Shown here in pieces: positions 21,871-33,800 of a stretch of 64,000 bases of DNA; position 1 is the stretch's first letter; every line of letters begins with the position of its first letter. The stretch is from NCBI GenBank assembly GCA_964252035.1, contig OZ176206.1, one strand, 5' to 3'. The stretch comes from Podarcis erhardii (lineage: Eukaryota). Under the pieces are notes generated by a model. The model was not told the DNA's origin and did not search any database. It was given only the letters and a program-made list of their open reading frames with translations. The translations under genes were made by a program, and so were the position numbers.

Positions 21871-24800
21871 CTGAGAAGAAGCACAAAGGGATCAAGAAAG
21901 TCCAGGTAAGCAGGGGCATTCTAACACAGGCAGCCTAGGATTCCCCCATCCTAAGAGCCACGGGGCAGGAGCTCCCAGTCCCAAAACAAGGCCAAAGCTG
22001 GTACCACTAGAGCCCCCTGGATGCAAAGGGGGGATATAAATGTAAGAAAACAAATGAGAAACAAATGAAGATATAGTGGAATGTGGGACAGTCCCTTCAT
22101 GGCTCTCACTCCTGCCCCTTGATTGGCAAAAAAAACAGAGGAAATGATGCAAAGGGGGAAAAGAAACGGGAACAAAGTTTGAATTCATAAATGATGCCCT
22201 CTTGGCCAATTGGCACAAGCAATGCCACTCTTCTCTGCCAGTCTTGAATTTGGGTTGCCTGGCATGGAGATACAAGCGTGCTCAACACACACAAATGAAT
22301 ACACATACACAAACAGACACATGGCCACTCTCTGTGAAGGGGCGATAAAAGAAGCTCTGTGCTTACGGGATTTCCGGTTCCCACGTGAGCGCTTGCGCTC
22401 CTTCCCTGCACCCGGCCGGGGAGGAGTGCTCTGGGTGACAGACTTCACCAGGCGGTCCATGATCTCTTCAGAGGCATCCTCAGGAGAGCCAGAGGCATCG
22501 TCCTCAGGAGGGGTCACGCTGGCGGGGCTGATCTTCCCAAAACCTAGAACAGAGGAGGCTGCCGTGAAAACCAGCTCCCGAGAGGCAGGCTCCCTCCCAC
22601 TTTGGACTTGATCACAGAAAGACCTGCATGGTTACCAAAAGACAGCCTGCCAGCTGCAGGCTGACCAGCAGGGGCTCCTTGAAAGAGCAGCCTGGCCTGC
22701 ACTGGGGGTGTCCGCCTGGTAGGGAAGCTGCTCCCATGTTCTTTAGGGTTTTAAATGTAAATAACAAACCTTTGTACTTGGGTTCAGTAGCCAAAAGTGC
22801 TGATCTTTCTGCACTGGAGTCATATGTGTAAAGCTGGGTCTCCTGTCAAGCACCCAAAGCGGCTGCATTTTGCACTAGTTGCAGCTTCTGGATCAGGCAC
22901 AAGGGTAGCCCCACATTAAAGTAGTCTGATCATGAGGCTGCAAAGGGCAAGACTATCCCTGTCCAGGTATGATAATAGTTGGCACACCTGGCAAAGCTGG
23001 TCCTGGGTACTCTGATCCACTGCACTCACCTGGGCCTTTAGTAATGGTGATGGATCTAAGAGCACCCTCAAGCAACGCACCAGCCCCACAACCTCATTCA
23101 GAGCTGGGACACAACCCAGTGCTTGGACCTGGAAACTGTCCATCCGTTGTGTCAGGATCCAGCTTCTTAACCACTCCAGCAACAACTGTAATTATCAAAC
23201 CACCACTGAAAGCGAGAACACAAAGCTGTAAAGGTCAGGCAGTGGCTAGGAAGCTGGTGGTTTGGGGAGACCCCCAGGGAGAGAGGCTCTGGAGTGGCCA
23301 AGAAGCTGAATGAGGGTGGGAAAGGAGACCGACCCTACCTGGAGACAGACACATCTCCCCACCTCCCTACCTCTGCTGGCTCGGGAGCGGCGGCCGGATG
23401 GCTCTGGAGTGGACATAAGCACTGTGGCCATGCTTTTGTGGCCAGCTTCATCCTTCTGTTCAGGGCTAGCCGAGAGCACAGCGGGGGCGGGACTGTCTTC
23501 GGGCTTGCTGACGGTAGCAAACCTCTCCATCTACAATGAGAGAAAGAACGCTGCATTGAGGAAGGGCAGGGGGTACACCACCTGCTGCCAGCTGGGGAGG
23601 CAACAACACAGATGTTGTCACAGGAGCTGCTCTTGCAAGGACACAAGAGGGCTTAGGAAGCCTCTTCACGTGCTGGAAGTTTCCATTGGACAGGTGAGGC
23701 AAGGGTTAGGTGGGGCGGGAAGAACTTGCCTCGGTGATCATCCTGCCGCGGGTCTTGTTCCTTTCGCGATATACTGCTCGTTTCTTCTGCTGCTGCAGAA
23801 CTCGCTCCCGGCAGGTGCGGTACTCGAGGGCAAACTCCCGCAGGGTCCGGCAGAACCCCGTGACCTTTGCCTCCTGTGCCAAGCGTAGGTCATAGCCCAA
23901 GTATAGCAGAAAGGAGCGGAACCTGCGGGCAGAGGCTGAACTGCAGGAAACTGACTGGCATCGCCACCCTCTCCCTGCTTCCTGCCCAGGGCATTCATTT
24001 ATTTATAACCTTTGTCACTCACTTGCTCTTCTCCGAGCAAGAGAAACAAACTGAACATCAAGCCACATCAACAGAGTAATCCGTAAAAGGACACCTCTAA
24101 AACGACACCCCCAGAAAGGCCACAAGAACAGAAGAAACGCCCAGCCGGCTAGCCAGCACCCTGCCCTCACAATGGCCACCCAGGGCACCCAGTGGGAAGC
24201 CAGATGCCCAAAGGCCTCTCCCCTGTTTAACACAGACCTGTTTAACACGCGTCGATGGACCACCTTGAGGATGACGATCTTCTGGGTGCTGGAGTGAAGG
24301 AAGTCCATCAGTTTGCTCTTCAAGGCTGGCTTGGTGTCGTGCTTTGTGATGGCCTTCAGGCTCTCCCAGGACACTCTACACCGTCGCTCCAGCTGCAGGA
24401 GGCTTTCTGCCAGCGCATCAAAGTCCACCTGGAGGGAAATATCAAGGCCTCTTTGCAATTCTTGCCAACAGCCCCCTTTCTCTCTGCGGAATGCTCCTCA
24501 CAGGTGCCAAATGGACTATCCTTTTCGCAGCAGGTAAAAACATTTAAATACGGGCAACTTTAAACATGATGTTGTTAAAGAGTTCATGGAATTATAAAAT
24601 TGGTAGTTTTGGAAAGGATCCCAATGGCCATCTAAGTCCAACTCCCTGCAATGCAGGAATCACAGTTAAAGCCTCCCTAACAGATGGAAATCCAACCTCT
24701 GTTAAAAAACCTCCAGTGAAGGAGGGCCCACCACCATCCAAGGAAGTCTGTTCCACTGGTGAGCAGCTCTTGCTTTCAGAAAGTTTTTCCTAATGCTTAG

Positions 24801-27800
24801 TCAGAATCTCCTTTCTGGTCATTTGAATCCATTGGTTTGGGTCCTACGCCTTGGAGGAGGAGAAAACAAGCTTGCTCCACCTTCCATGTGACAGCCCTTC
24901 AGATATTTGAAGACAGCTGTCCTACCACCTCTCTGTCTTCTCTTCTCTAGGCTAAACATACCAAGCTCCCTCAACCATTCCTCATATATATAAAGCTGGG
25001 TTTCCAGACTCTTTATTATCTTGGTTGCCATCCTGTGCACACGTTTCAGCATGTCAACTTCCTTCTTACTCAATCTGGGTTTTGGTCTGTGGTTTAATAA
25101 TTGCTACTGTGCATTATTTAACANNNNNNNNNNNNNNNNNNNNNNNNNNNNNNNNNNNNNNNNNNNNNNNNNNNNNNNNNNNNNNNNNNNNNNNNNNNNN
25201 NNNNNNNNNNNNNNNNNNNNNNNNNNNNNNNNNNNNNNNNNNNNNNNNNNNTCAAGTGATATACAAGCCGAATAATTCAAAGACAAATAATTCTGCACAC
25301 AGGAGTTTGGCCCAGGATGTGGCTCTCAGAGCAAATCCTCACAGAAGCAGGAGAAGAAAAGCCCCCCCACCCACCCACCCACACAGCCCTGACCTTGGCT
25401 GAGCGAGTGATAGCGGCGATCTCTGAGTAGAGGTCCGTCGTGTCCGGGAACTTCTCCACCACGAAGTGGCACAGGTGGTGGAGCAGGGTCTGTCGGTGCA
25501 CTGTGTCCTTCACCTCTGACACCTTGGCCAGGTAGCTCAGCTCAAACCCTTGGCTCTGAAACCCCAAAAATGGAAATTTAAGATGATGCACCAGGTTTGA
25601 GGACGAAGCAGAGCCCAGGAAGAGGGTTCCTCACCTGTTCTCTTTGCAGCAGCGTGACAGACACCCGGCAGCTGCTACTTGCACCAAAGGAAGGTGCCGT
25701 CGCCACTACCAGCCCTAAAAGTCTGCCCTGCCTCCCACCTTCCCTGCACAATGTGCCCTGAGACAGGCCTTTGTGCTTGACACATGCACACACAATGGGG
25801 ATGGCGAGAGCTGCCAGCCAACAGCCCTTGTGTGTGACACTGAAGAGTCACTGCATGCCTGCAAAGGAGCCCCAGCTTCCAGGTGCAGGATCACCTGCCC
25901 CCACAGCACATCCACTGGCAGGTGGAGGGTCCCAGTGCCTGCAGTTTGGGAAAGGGTCTGGGTGCAAGTGAGGAGAAAGACCTGGCTCTGTCTGAGAGTC
26001 ACTGCCAGAGTGGACTCCAGGGCGATGCAGGCAAAGTGCCTGACCTGACAGAAGGCAGCATCCTGTGACCACAGTGGACATTAAGAGGGCCCAATGCTGC
26101 AGCTGGGCAAGAAAAAAATCTGGGCAGGCCCTGTGAACAAAAAAACTCAGGCTCCATCCCAGATGTCTGACCACCTGCTGAAGGAAATAGTGCTCAGCAT
26201 ATGCTCAGAGCTGCTTGGTGCTGGCTCCTGAACTGAGCCCCTGCCCCCGCCCTCCTTACATGCCTCACCTGGGATCCATTCAGGAAGTTGCCCATGGCCA
26301 AGAGAGTGGCAAGGATACACTTGAAGGTTTGGTTTTTGACCAGTTGCTGCATCCCAAGTTTCAGATCAAAAAGCGGCTCTGCAATTTCCTGCACAGGAGC
26401 ACAGAAGACAAGCTGTAAGGACCTGTTTGCCTCCAGAAATTGGAGGGAGCAAGCAAATTGCTGGCCCAGATACGCAGGTTCTTGCTTAGGACCCAAAAGC
26501 AATGGATGGATTCAGCAGCAGGAGGAAGCAAAGGGCAGCTGAGCAACACCTGGAACTATTTGCCATGTGGCCAGACCAACCACAGCAGCCACTCTCGCCA
26601 AGCCAGCCAGTTCCCTTGCAGGTTGGTTCACCAGTGATGGCCCCCTTGCCTTTAAGCCCAGCAAGAAGGTCCAGCCAAATTTATGGGGAGAACTGGCTAG
26701 AGCTCTGGGGGAGGGATCCACCTGCGCCATCCCCAATTTCAGAGGTTCTGCAGGATCCTGAGCAGGGGTGTACCTGCTCCATGGCCTCATAGTCCAGCTT
26801 GAAAGCCCACAGCTGAAGCCGGGCGGTGAGCTCAGTGATGGAGGAGAGAGCGAGGAGGAACTGCTCAGCTGAACCCAGAGGCACATCGGGATTGGCCATC
26901 TGTGCTTCCTGGATCTTCTGCTTCTCCTCCTCGGTTGGAACCATTGTCAAGATTTTCTGCAAAACAAGAGGGAAGAGGGTGTTGGGTCAGGACACAATGA
27001 CTCCACCTGGCCCTTTATGGCAGCTTTCCCAAACTGGGTGCCATGCAGATGCTCTGGACCACAAGTCCCATCAGTCCCAGTCAGCATGAGCGAATGAAGC
27101 TGGGGCTGATGCAAGTTGTAGTCCAGAAGGCCTCTTTATGGTCAAGGGTTCTCAGGAGAGACAGAATTCTCACCTCAATCCCTTCCTTGTTAATTGCAAA
27201 TTCATCGAAGTTGACAATTGCCGTCTTGATGATGTGTACGGGAGGCAGCGCTGTCAAGCCGATGTTGATGGCATTGCTCCTCTTGGGATCCAAAACCACA
27301 ATTAGCTTCTTCCCATCAACAGCTTTCTTGGGAGTGAAAAAAGGGAAGGGTTGATGTTTTTGTCTGTCACACTATCACCCTATCTTTGGGGGTTCTCCTC
27401 TTTCAGCCCCACAACTCTCCTGCGAGGTAGCTTGGAACTGGCAGGTGAGGCCTGGACCCAATGTCAACATGCGAGCATCATGACTGGGCAGGACAGGCAG
27501 AGGACCCCAGAGCAAGATCGTGGCTGGTCTCTGCCTGCAAAGGACAAAGCTTCTTCTCTTTGACTGACAAGAACAGTCTCTGCCTGAGGCTCTGCTGGCT
27601 AGGCCCTGACAGCGCAGCTTGCTCCAGGCACATTCAAGATGGAAGAAGAAATCACATGGGCTAGAAGTCCTTGAAGGCAAGAGGGTCGAAGGGGCAGTGA
27701 TAAGGAAGAGCAGCACTGAATAGAGAGATTGGAAGCCAGAGAGAAGCTCAAGGGCAGAGCCCAAAGTCCCTGGATCAGTTCTTGGCACCTCCAGGGAGCA

Positions 27801-30800
27801 GGCCAAGGGAGCTTCCAGAGCCCTAGGGAAGCTGCTGTCAGACCAGGCCAAGGGTCAGACTCAGGGCAAGGCAGCTCCTTGGGCTCCTCTGCTTTGAGCC
27901 TCTGGCACACTTATTTCAAAATAAGTGTATTAAAAATGCTCTGCATTCCCTTTCCACAATCCCACTAGAAAGCATGGGCAAAGCCTCCTGCAAGAACCCC
28001 ACAGCCCAAGCTCAGGAGAGAGTCCTCCTCCCTCCTGTAGCCAACACTGAGGAGCCCAAAACCTACCTTCGAGCTAAGCACCTCCTTCGTCTTGGACTCG
28101 AAGAGATGTTCCATCTTGGTGGTGTCAACCTCCACCTTCTCCAGAGATGCCCACAGAGTGGCTGGCCCAAAGGGGTCTCCTCTTCCTTCCCGCCTGGCAG
28201 AGCTGTCCACGTTCTTTAGCTCCCTCCAGAAGAGCTTAATAGTTTTCTTCTTTTTTGCTGGGGAGTGGGCATCCTCCCTGGAGGAGCCCAGCAAGCCTGG
28301 AGGAGGACAGCCTGGTGGGGGTGGAGGAGGCGGGGGAAAGGCACAGCCTGGTGGGGGTGGAGGAGGGGGAAAGGCACAGCCTGGTGGGGGTGGAGGGCAG
28401 CTGGGAGGGAGGGGTGGAGGGGCCGGAGCCCCACTGGCAGCCACAACCACATGGTCAGGCACAGTCTCTGTTTCTAGGATATCAAAGTCTTCCTCCTCAC
28501 CCAGGTCAGAGAAGTCCAAATCTCTGATCTTCAGGTGCTTGGGGCTGAGCTCCAGGGGCCCTCGCATCACCTCCGCTCCCTTCCTGTAGGGAGTCATGAA
28601 AGTCCTCTCCAGGCTCTGCAGGCTGGCTTCCGCCTCAAGGCTGAACTGAGCCCGCAATGGCCGGGCCCGAAGATTGGAGGGGCTGCCCTGTTTCCCATTG
28701 CTCTGTGGGCTGCCTTCTTCACTCCCGGTGTCTGCCTGGAACTCTTCTGCTGGGGCAAGAATAACCCCTTCCAGCCTTGCAGGGCTGTTATTGGAGAACA
28801 GTGTGTCAAGGTTGAGCTTCTTTCCAGGTGCAGGGTGGCTCTGGGAATCTTCTCCATCGCACAGCAGAACTGGGCTTTCTGGGCTTGGGGTGCAAATGGG
28901 ACCCAGCCCAGGGCTGCTGCTGGAGAGCCCCTCGCCTGACAGGCTCTCCCTGGCCTCTTCGCCTTCAAAGCCAGCCAAGGCCAATGCAGAGCTGAGCTCT
29001 GTTCCATCACCGTTTCTCTCCTGTCCTTCACGCCACCTCCCTAAGGGCACAGAGGAAAAGTTATGGTTTAACTAGGAAAGGAGACAAGCTAGGCAGTTGA
29101 CAAGCAGCACAGAAAAGGAGAAGCCTCAACAACAAGCCTTTGGCCAAACCAGGGATTGTCGCAAACTCTGCCGGCTCTTCTGCTGCATTACCTGGGGAGA
29201 GCTGCTCAATGCTCGGAGTAGCTTCAGCAAGGACCTCGGCTCGCCCCTTGGAGATTGCAACCAACTTCTCTTTCTGGGAAGCAGCAAGATTTTCCAGGAA
29301 GCGTGCTCTATGAGAGAAGCAAAATGCTACATCATTCAGCACCAGGGACACAAAGTTCCATCACCACACAGCAGGCAGGATGAGGCTCATCCCACCCAAC
29401 AGCTGTCCCCCCCAGAGACTGGTAGAGCCAATCTATCAGATGCTGCAACACGCAGGAGGTCCAGCACTTGGCACAAATGCTGACACCCATCAGTGGTGGT
29501 TCCTCTGAGGCCCAAAGCTCTCTCGGCGCCTGTTTAAAGAGGTACAGGCAGAGATCCTCAATAGCAGCAGCAAAGGAAACTGTGCAGACCCTCCTCCAGC
29601 CTTCTCTCCCCAAGCTCCTACAGCTTTCTCCAACACAGGACTGCTCCAGGACAGCCACACTCCAACTGGTCCAGGGCCCCATCTCATACAGAACCCAGCA
29701 GCCTATGGGGTGGGAAAGGGATGTCAAGAAAGCATGGTACCTCAGCCAGCCCCGAGTCCTGCTCCCTGCCCACTCCTGTGGGCACCAGAAGGCCAGCATA
29801 GACCAGGACAGTGCAGCAGATGGAAGAGAGAGTGGGTGGGTGGCACACAGCAGCTCAAGCCCCACTCAGCCCTGTAATTCACTGGGGGTCCCTTGGCAAG
29901 TCACTGCTGCTTCTCAGCTTCACCTCCTCTGCTAGGTAACTTGGGTTGGCTACTGGGTGGTCTTGCCATCAATGCTGCCCTGTACGAGGAAACATGGCAG
30001 CTGGGATGGTGGGTCTAGAAGAGGCCCAAATGCAGCTTGCTGGATGAGCTGCCTCCAGAGGGCCAGGAAGGGCCTTTATCAGTGGCAGGGGGCCAAGGCT
30101 TCCATCCACCAGGCACTTTTGAGGCCATTGCAGAGATTCAGGAGGATTCTTTGCCTGAGGAACTCAACAAGGATCAACAAATTCCTGGGCCTGAAACCAA
30201 AGCAAGACCTCCAGCACCAGCCTAAGCCTGATGAAACACACATGTTCTCTGTACTTACTCAAAGCGCCTCAGAATAGGCTTGTCCCCACATACTGAGGGG
30301 CTTTCCTCTTGCCTGGGAGAAAAAGTCAGTTAGTGCCACTGGGCACAGGAACCACACTCTGCATGCCCACAAGCTCTGCCAAGGCTACACCAGCTCCAAA
30401 GCAGAGAGGTCCATGCAATCTGGGGGTGAACTCACTCCTCCTGTCCAGCTGAAATCCCACCTCACTTCCCTGCAGCCACTCATTTTGGTGCTCCAAGTCT
30501 GGACGAAAGGGCTGCTCATGCATGCACCAAGGTCACGAAGGCCTCAGAAGTCTGCTCCTGGAGCCCCAAGCAGATGCCAGCCACACAACCACAAGTGGAA
30601 ACACTGCAGCTGTTCAGAAGTACAACACGGGGCTGTTGCCACACTCTTGACTCTGTAAACTGGTCCAGGATTGTGTCCCCTCTTTGCTGGTGCCTCAGTT
30701 CAGCTGAGACCTTTGGCCCTTCACCCCAACATACTCCCCTCCTCTGTTGTGTCAAAGGCAATCCAGCAGGATCCAGACCCAGAAGTCGCTGGAGAAGCAC

Positions 30801-33800
30801 AAAGGAAGAGGAGCCCAAACCACATGCCAGAAGCCCCAAGCCTGAAAACAGATCCCTCCTTCAATAATTCAAAGCTATGAACAGCAGAGGAAAGGAAACC
30901 ATAGGGCCAAGAGCATCACACGCAAACACACACACAAGATACATCTTTGGCATCACTTACCAAGCAGGGGCAGTTTCGTGAAGTCTGGAAAAGGAAAGGG
31001 AGTTTAAGCAGGAGAGCACGCGAGAGAAGTAGGTGGCAGAAGAAGAAAAAGAAGAGGGGTGGTGGGCTGGGCCAGGAGCAGAAGGAGGTGAGGGCACAAT
31101 AAGAGGAGAGAAGAGGTGAGAAAAGGGACTCTCCAGGACATCTTGCTTCAATGTCCAACTTGTGCAACAAGGATGACTGCCTCTCCCAGCCCAGCAGGCC
31201 CTTACCCCCACCCACAGAAAAACCTGCCACCCTCCAATCCGCCTGTGCTCTGAACTCTCCTGCCTTCCTTCAGCACTTGCTGAGGAAGGGGTTCAGCACC
31301 ATTTAGGGGGGGCGGAATCCCCCCTGCACCTCCCTCCCATCTACAGCAGGACCCTCCATCATGTGGGGAGGGTTACAGAAGCCCATCTCAAGAAAGGAGG
31401 GGGGCAAGTATTTGATTATAGACTCAATTCACTTTGGGTGAATTGCATCAGAGCCACCAGATTCTTTCAACCACCACCACAGGCCCCCTCCTCTTCTAAG
31501 GCTCCTGCTGCATTTCTCACTGCCACGCTGCACCCCACCCTACCCTGCAGGACATGAAAAAGCCCCTTTGGAAGGGGAGCTGCCTTAGTGGACAGCAGGG
31601 GCTGCCACCTCCTCCCCATCCACCATTGCTAACCAGACACCTCCTTGCCACAGCTGCCTCCTCAGAACTGCTGGCCAGGGAAGAAGAGAATGGGGAGAGT
31701 CAAGTCCATCTCCCCTGGAGCTTCCAAAGGGCTCCTGAATCTCCCCAGTATGGTCAATATCTTCCCCCACATCTCCTCACCTGCCCCCCAGCCCAATATA
31801 CTAAGCTCAGTGCTTCTGGCAGCTCTGAGCAGGGAGAGATCTTGTGTCCCCTTTGGCCAGAGAGACCTACTTGAAAATGCTCCTCTCGCCCAGGCTGCCA
31901 CTCTGCTCTTCTTCCACAGGAACAGATGGCGTGGAAAGCTGGACGCTGGATGCGCTGCTGTACATGCTCTTGAAGGCAGGCCTGGAAAAGGGAGAGGGGG
32001 GAGAGCAGGAGGAGGGCTGTGAGCACACAAGGCTCCAATGGGGGCCCATCAAGACTTTCTAGTCGTTCTGAGGCAGCTCCCTGGAACAGGGCCGCCTGGG
32101 CCGGGTGAGGGGTTCTGAGGCGAGATCACCACAGGCAGGCAAAGGTGGCCTCTGGAGGACCCACATGCTCCTCTTCCAGCCTCCCTTTGCCTCCTGCCAA
32201 CTTCCGCCAACTGCCCCACTCTTTGGGCTGGGCCTTTTCAACCTTCTTGGCTCAGCTTCTTTCCCACCAGTTCCGTGCAGAGCAAAAGCCACAAGCAGAA
32301 ACTGCCTTGGCCAACAACTCACCTGTCTTGGCTGCTCTCTCTGTCCAGGCTGGGAGCCTCTGCTGGACTGGGCTGGAAGTTCTCTGCAGGTCGAGCCCCT
32401 TGGCCTTCCTCCTGGGCCAGGATGTAGCCCAGGGAGCGTCGCTGCCCCTTCCGGCCTTCCTCCCCTTTCCTCCGCTCCTTGCGTGTTCCAGGGGGAGGCT
32501 CTTCCACACCATCTTCGTACTTGAGGGCATTCTGCAAGGAAGACAGAAGCTCAGGGTGGGGCCTGGTAGGGCAGGCTGCTAGGTGCTGAGTATGTAGTGG
32601 GGAAGCTGCCTGCTTTTCTAGAGGCCTCCTCTTTATATCCAGCTCCCTCCCGCCAAGGGGGAAGATGCGTCACCTCGTAGATAACCAGCTGCTGCTTCAA
32701 GTCCAGGTCAGTAGCCTTGTTGGTCATGTGCTGCTGGATGATGCTTTCCATGCCCTGCTGCTCCAAGCAGTCTGTCACATCATAGAAGGAATCCTGGTCA
32801 GGGAGGGCAGCCAGAGTCTGCACAACACCAACACAGGGCACCATAGTCAGGGCAGGAAAGGTGCTCAGCCTGGCTCAGCCCAGCCCAGCAAAACAGCCTG
32901 ACACCTGCTGCTTCCCTCCCCACCTGGGCAATATTCACCTTGTTGATGAGTGTCATGGCGAACACCTGAAGCTCCGTGTCAGCTCCATTCTTCTGTTCCA
33001 GGATTGCCACGATGGGAGACCACGGAAAACCACCTGCAAGGCAATGAGTAAGGCATGTGGTTGACCACACAAGCCAAGGAAAAGACCCTCCTTTCTCCTC
33101 ATCACTGACCTGGACCAGCAAGGGGCTGCCTGCTGTGGTTCATTGACCGCTCTTCCCTATCTTGAGGCTAATGGGATCAGACCCATCTCTCTCTCTCTCT
33201 TCCTTGGGCAGCCGTGTGGCACACTCACCTCTGACCTGCTCTGCCGCTATGACGGCCTGGACAAGCAGCTGGGCATTGGATTCCGTGAACTCCACAAAGA
33301 CCAGCAGCAGCTTCAGAGCTGTCTTCACCACCAGGCGGTACTAGCAGAGGGACAGCAGAAGTTGCTTAATAGTGGGCCAGGCTACTGGGCTCTACTCATA
33401 AGAAAAGCCTTCAGAATCAGGCTAGTGGCCCATCTAGTTAGCATCCTGTTCAATCAAACTCAGCCTGACCTCCCCTGCGCTGACTGTTAGCCAGAGCTCT
33501 CCAGGGTTTCAGGTTGGAGACTTTCCCGTCTTGCCTTGAGATGCCACTGGGTATTGGTTCCTCTGCCACTGAGACCATGACCTTCTCCTGTGGAGGGAGG
33601 TGAGAAAAGCTGGATGGAAGGAGCTGGAAACTGGGCCTCAGTCAGGAGGACATCACACAACCCTCTCTTTTCAAAGCCCATCCCACCTCCCTTTCTTGTA
33701 ACACTGGAATTTGTGCACATCCAACAAAGCTGAATGCGGGAAGATTCAGGACAGATAAAAGAAAGTATTATTCACGCAGGGCATAATTAAACTACAGTGG

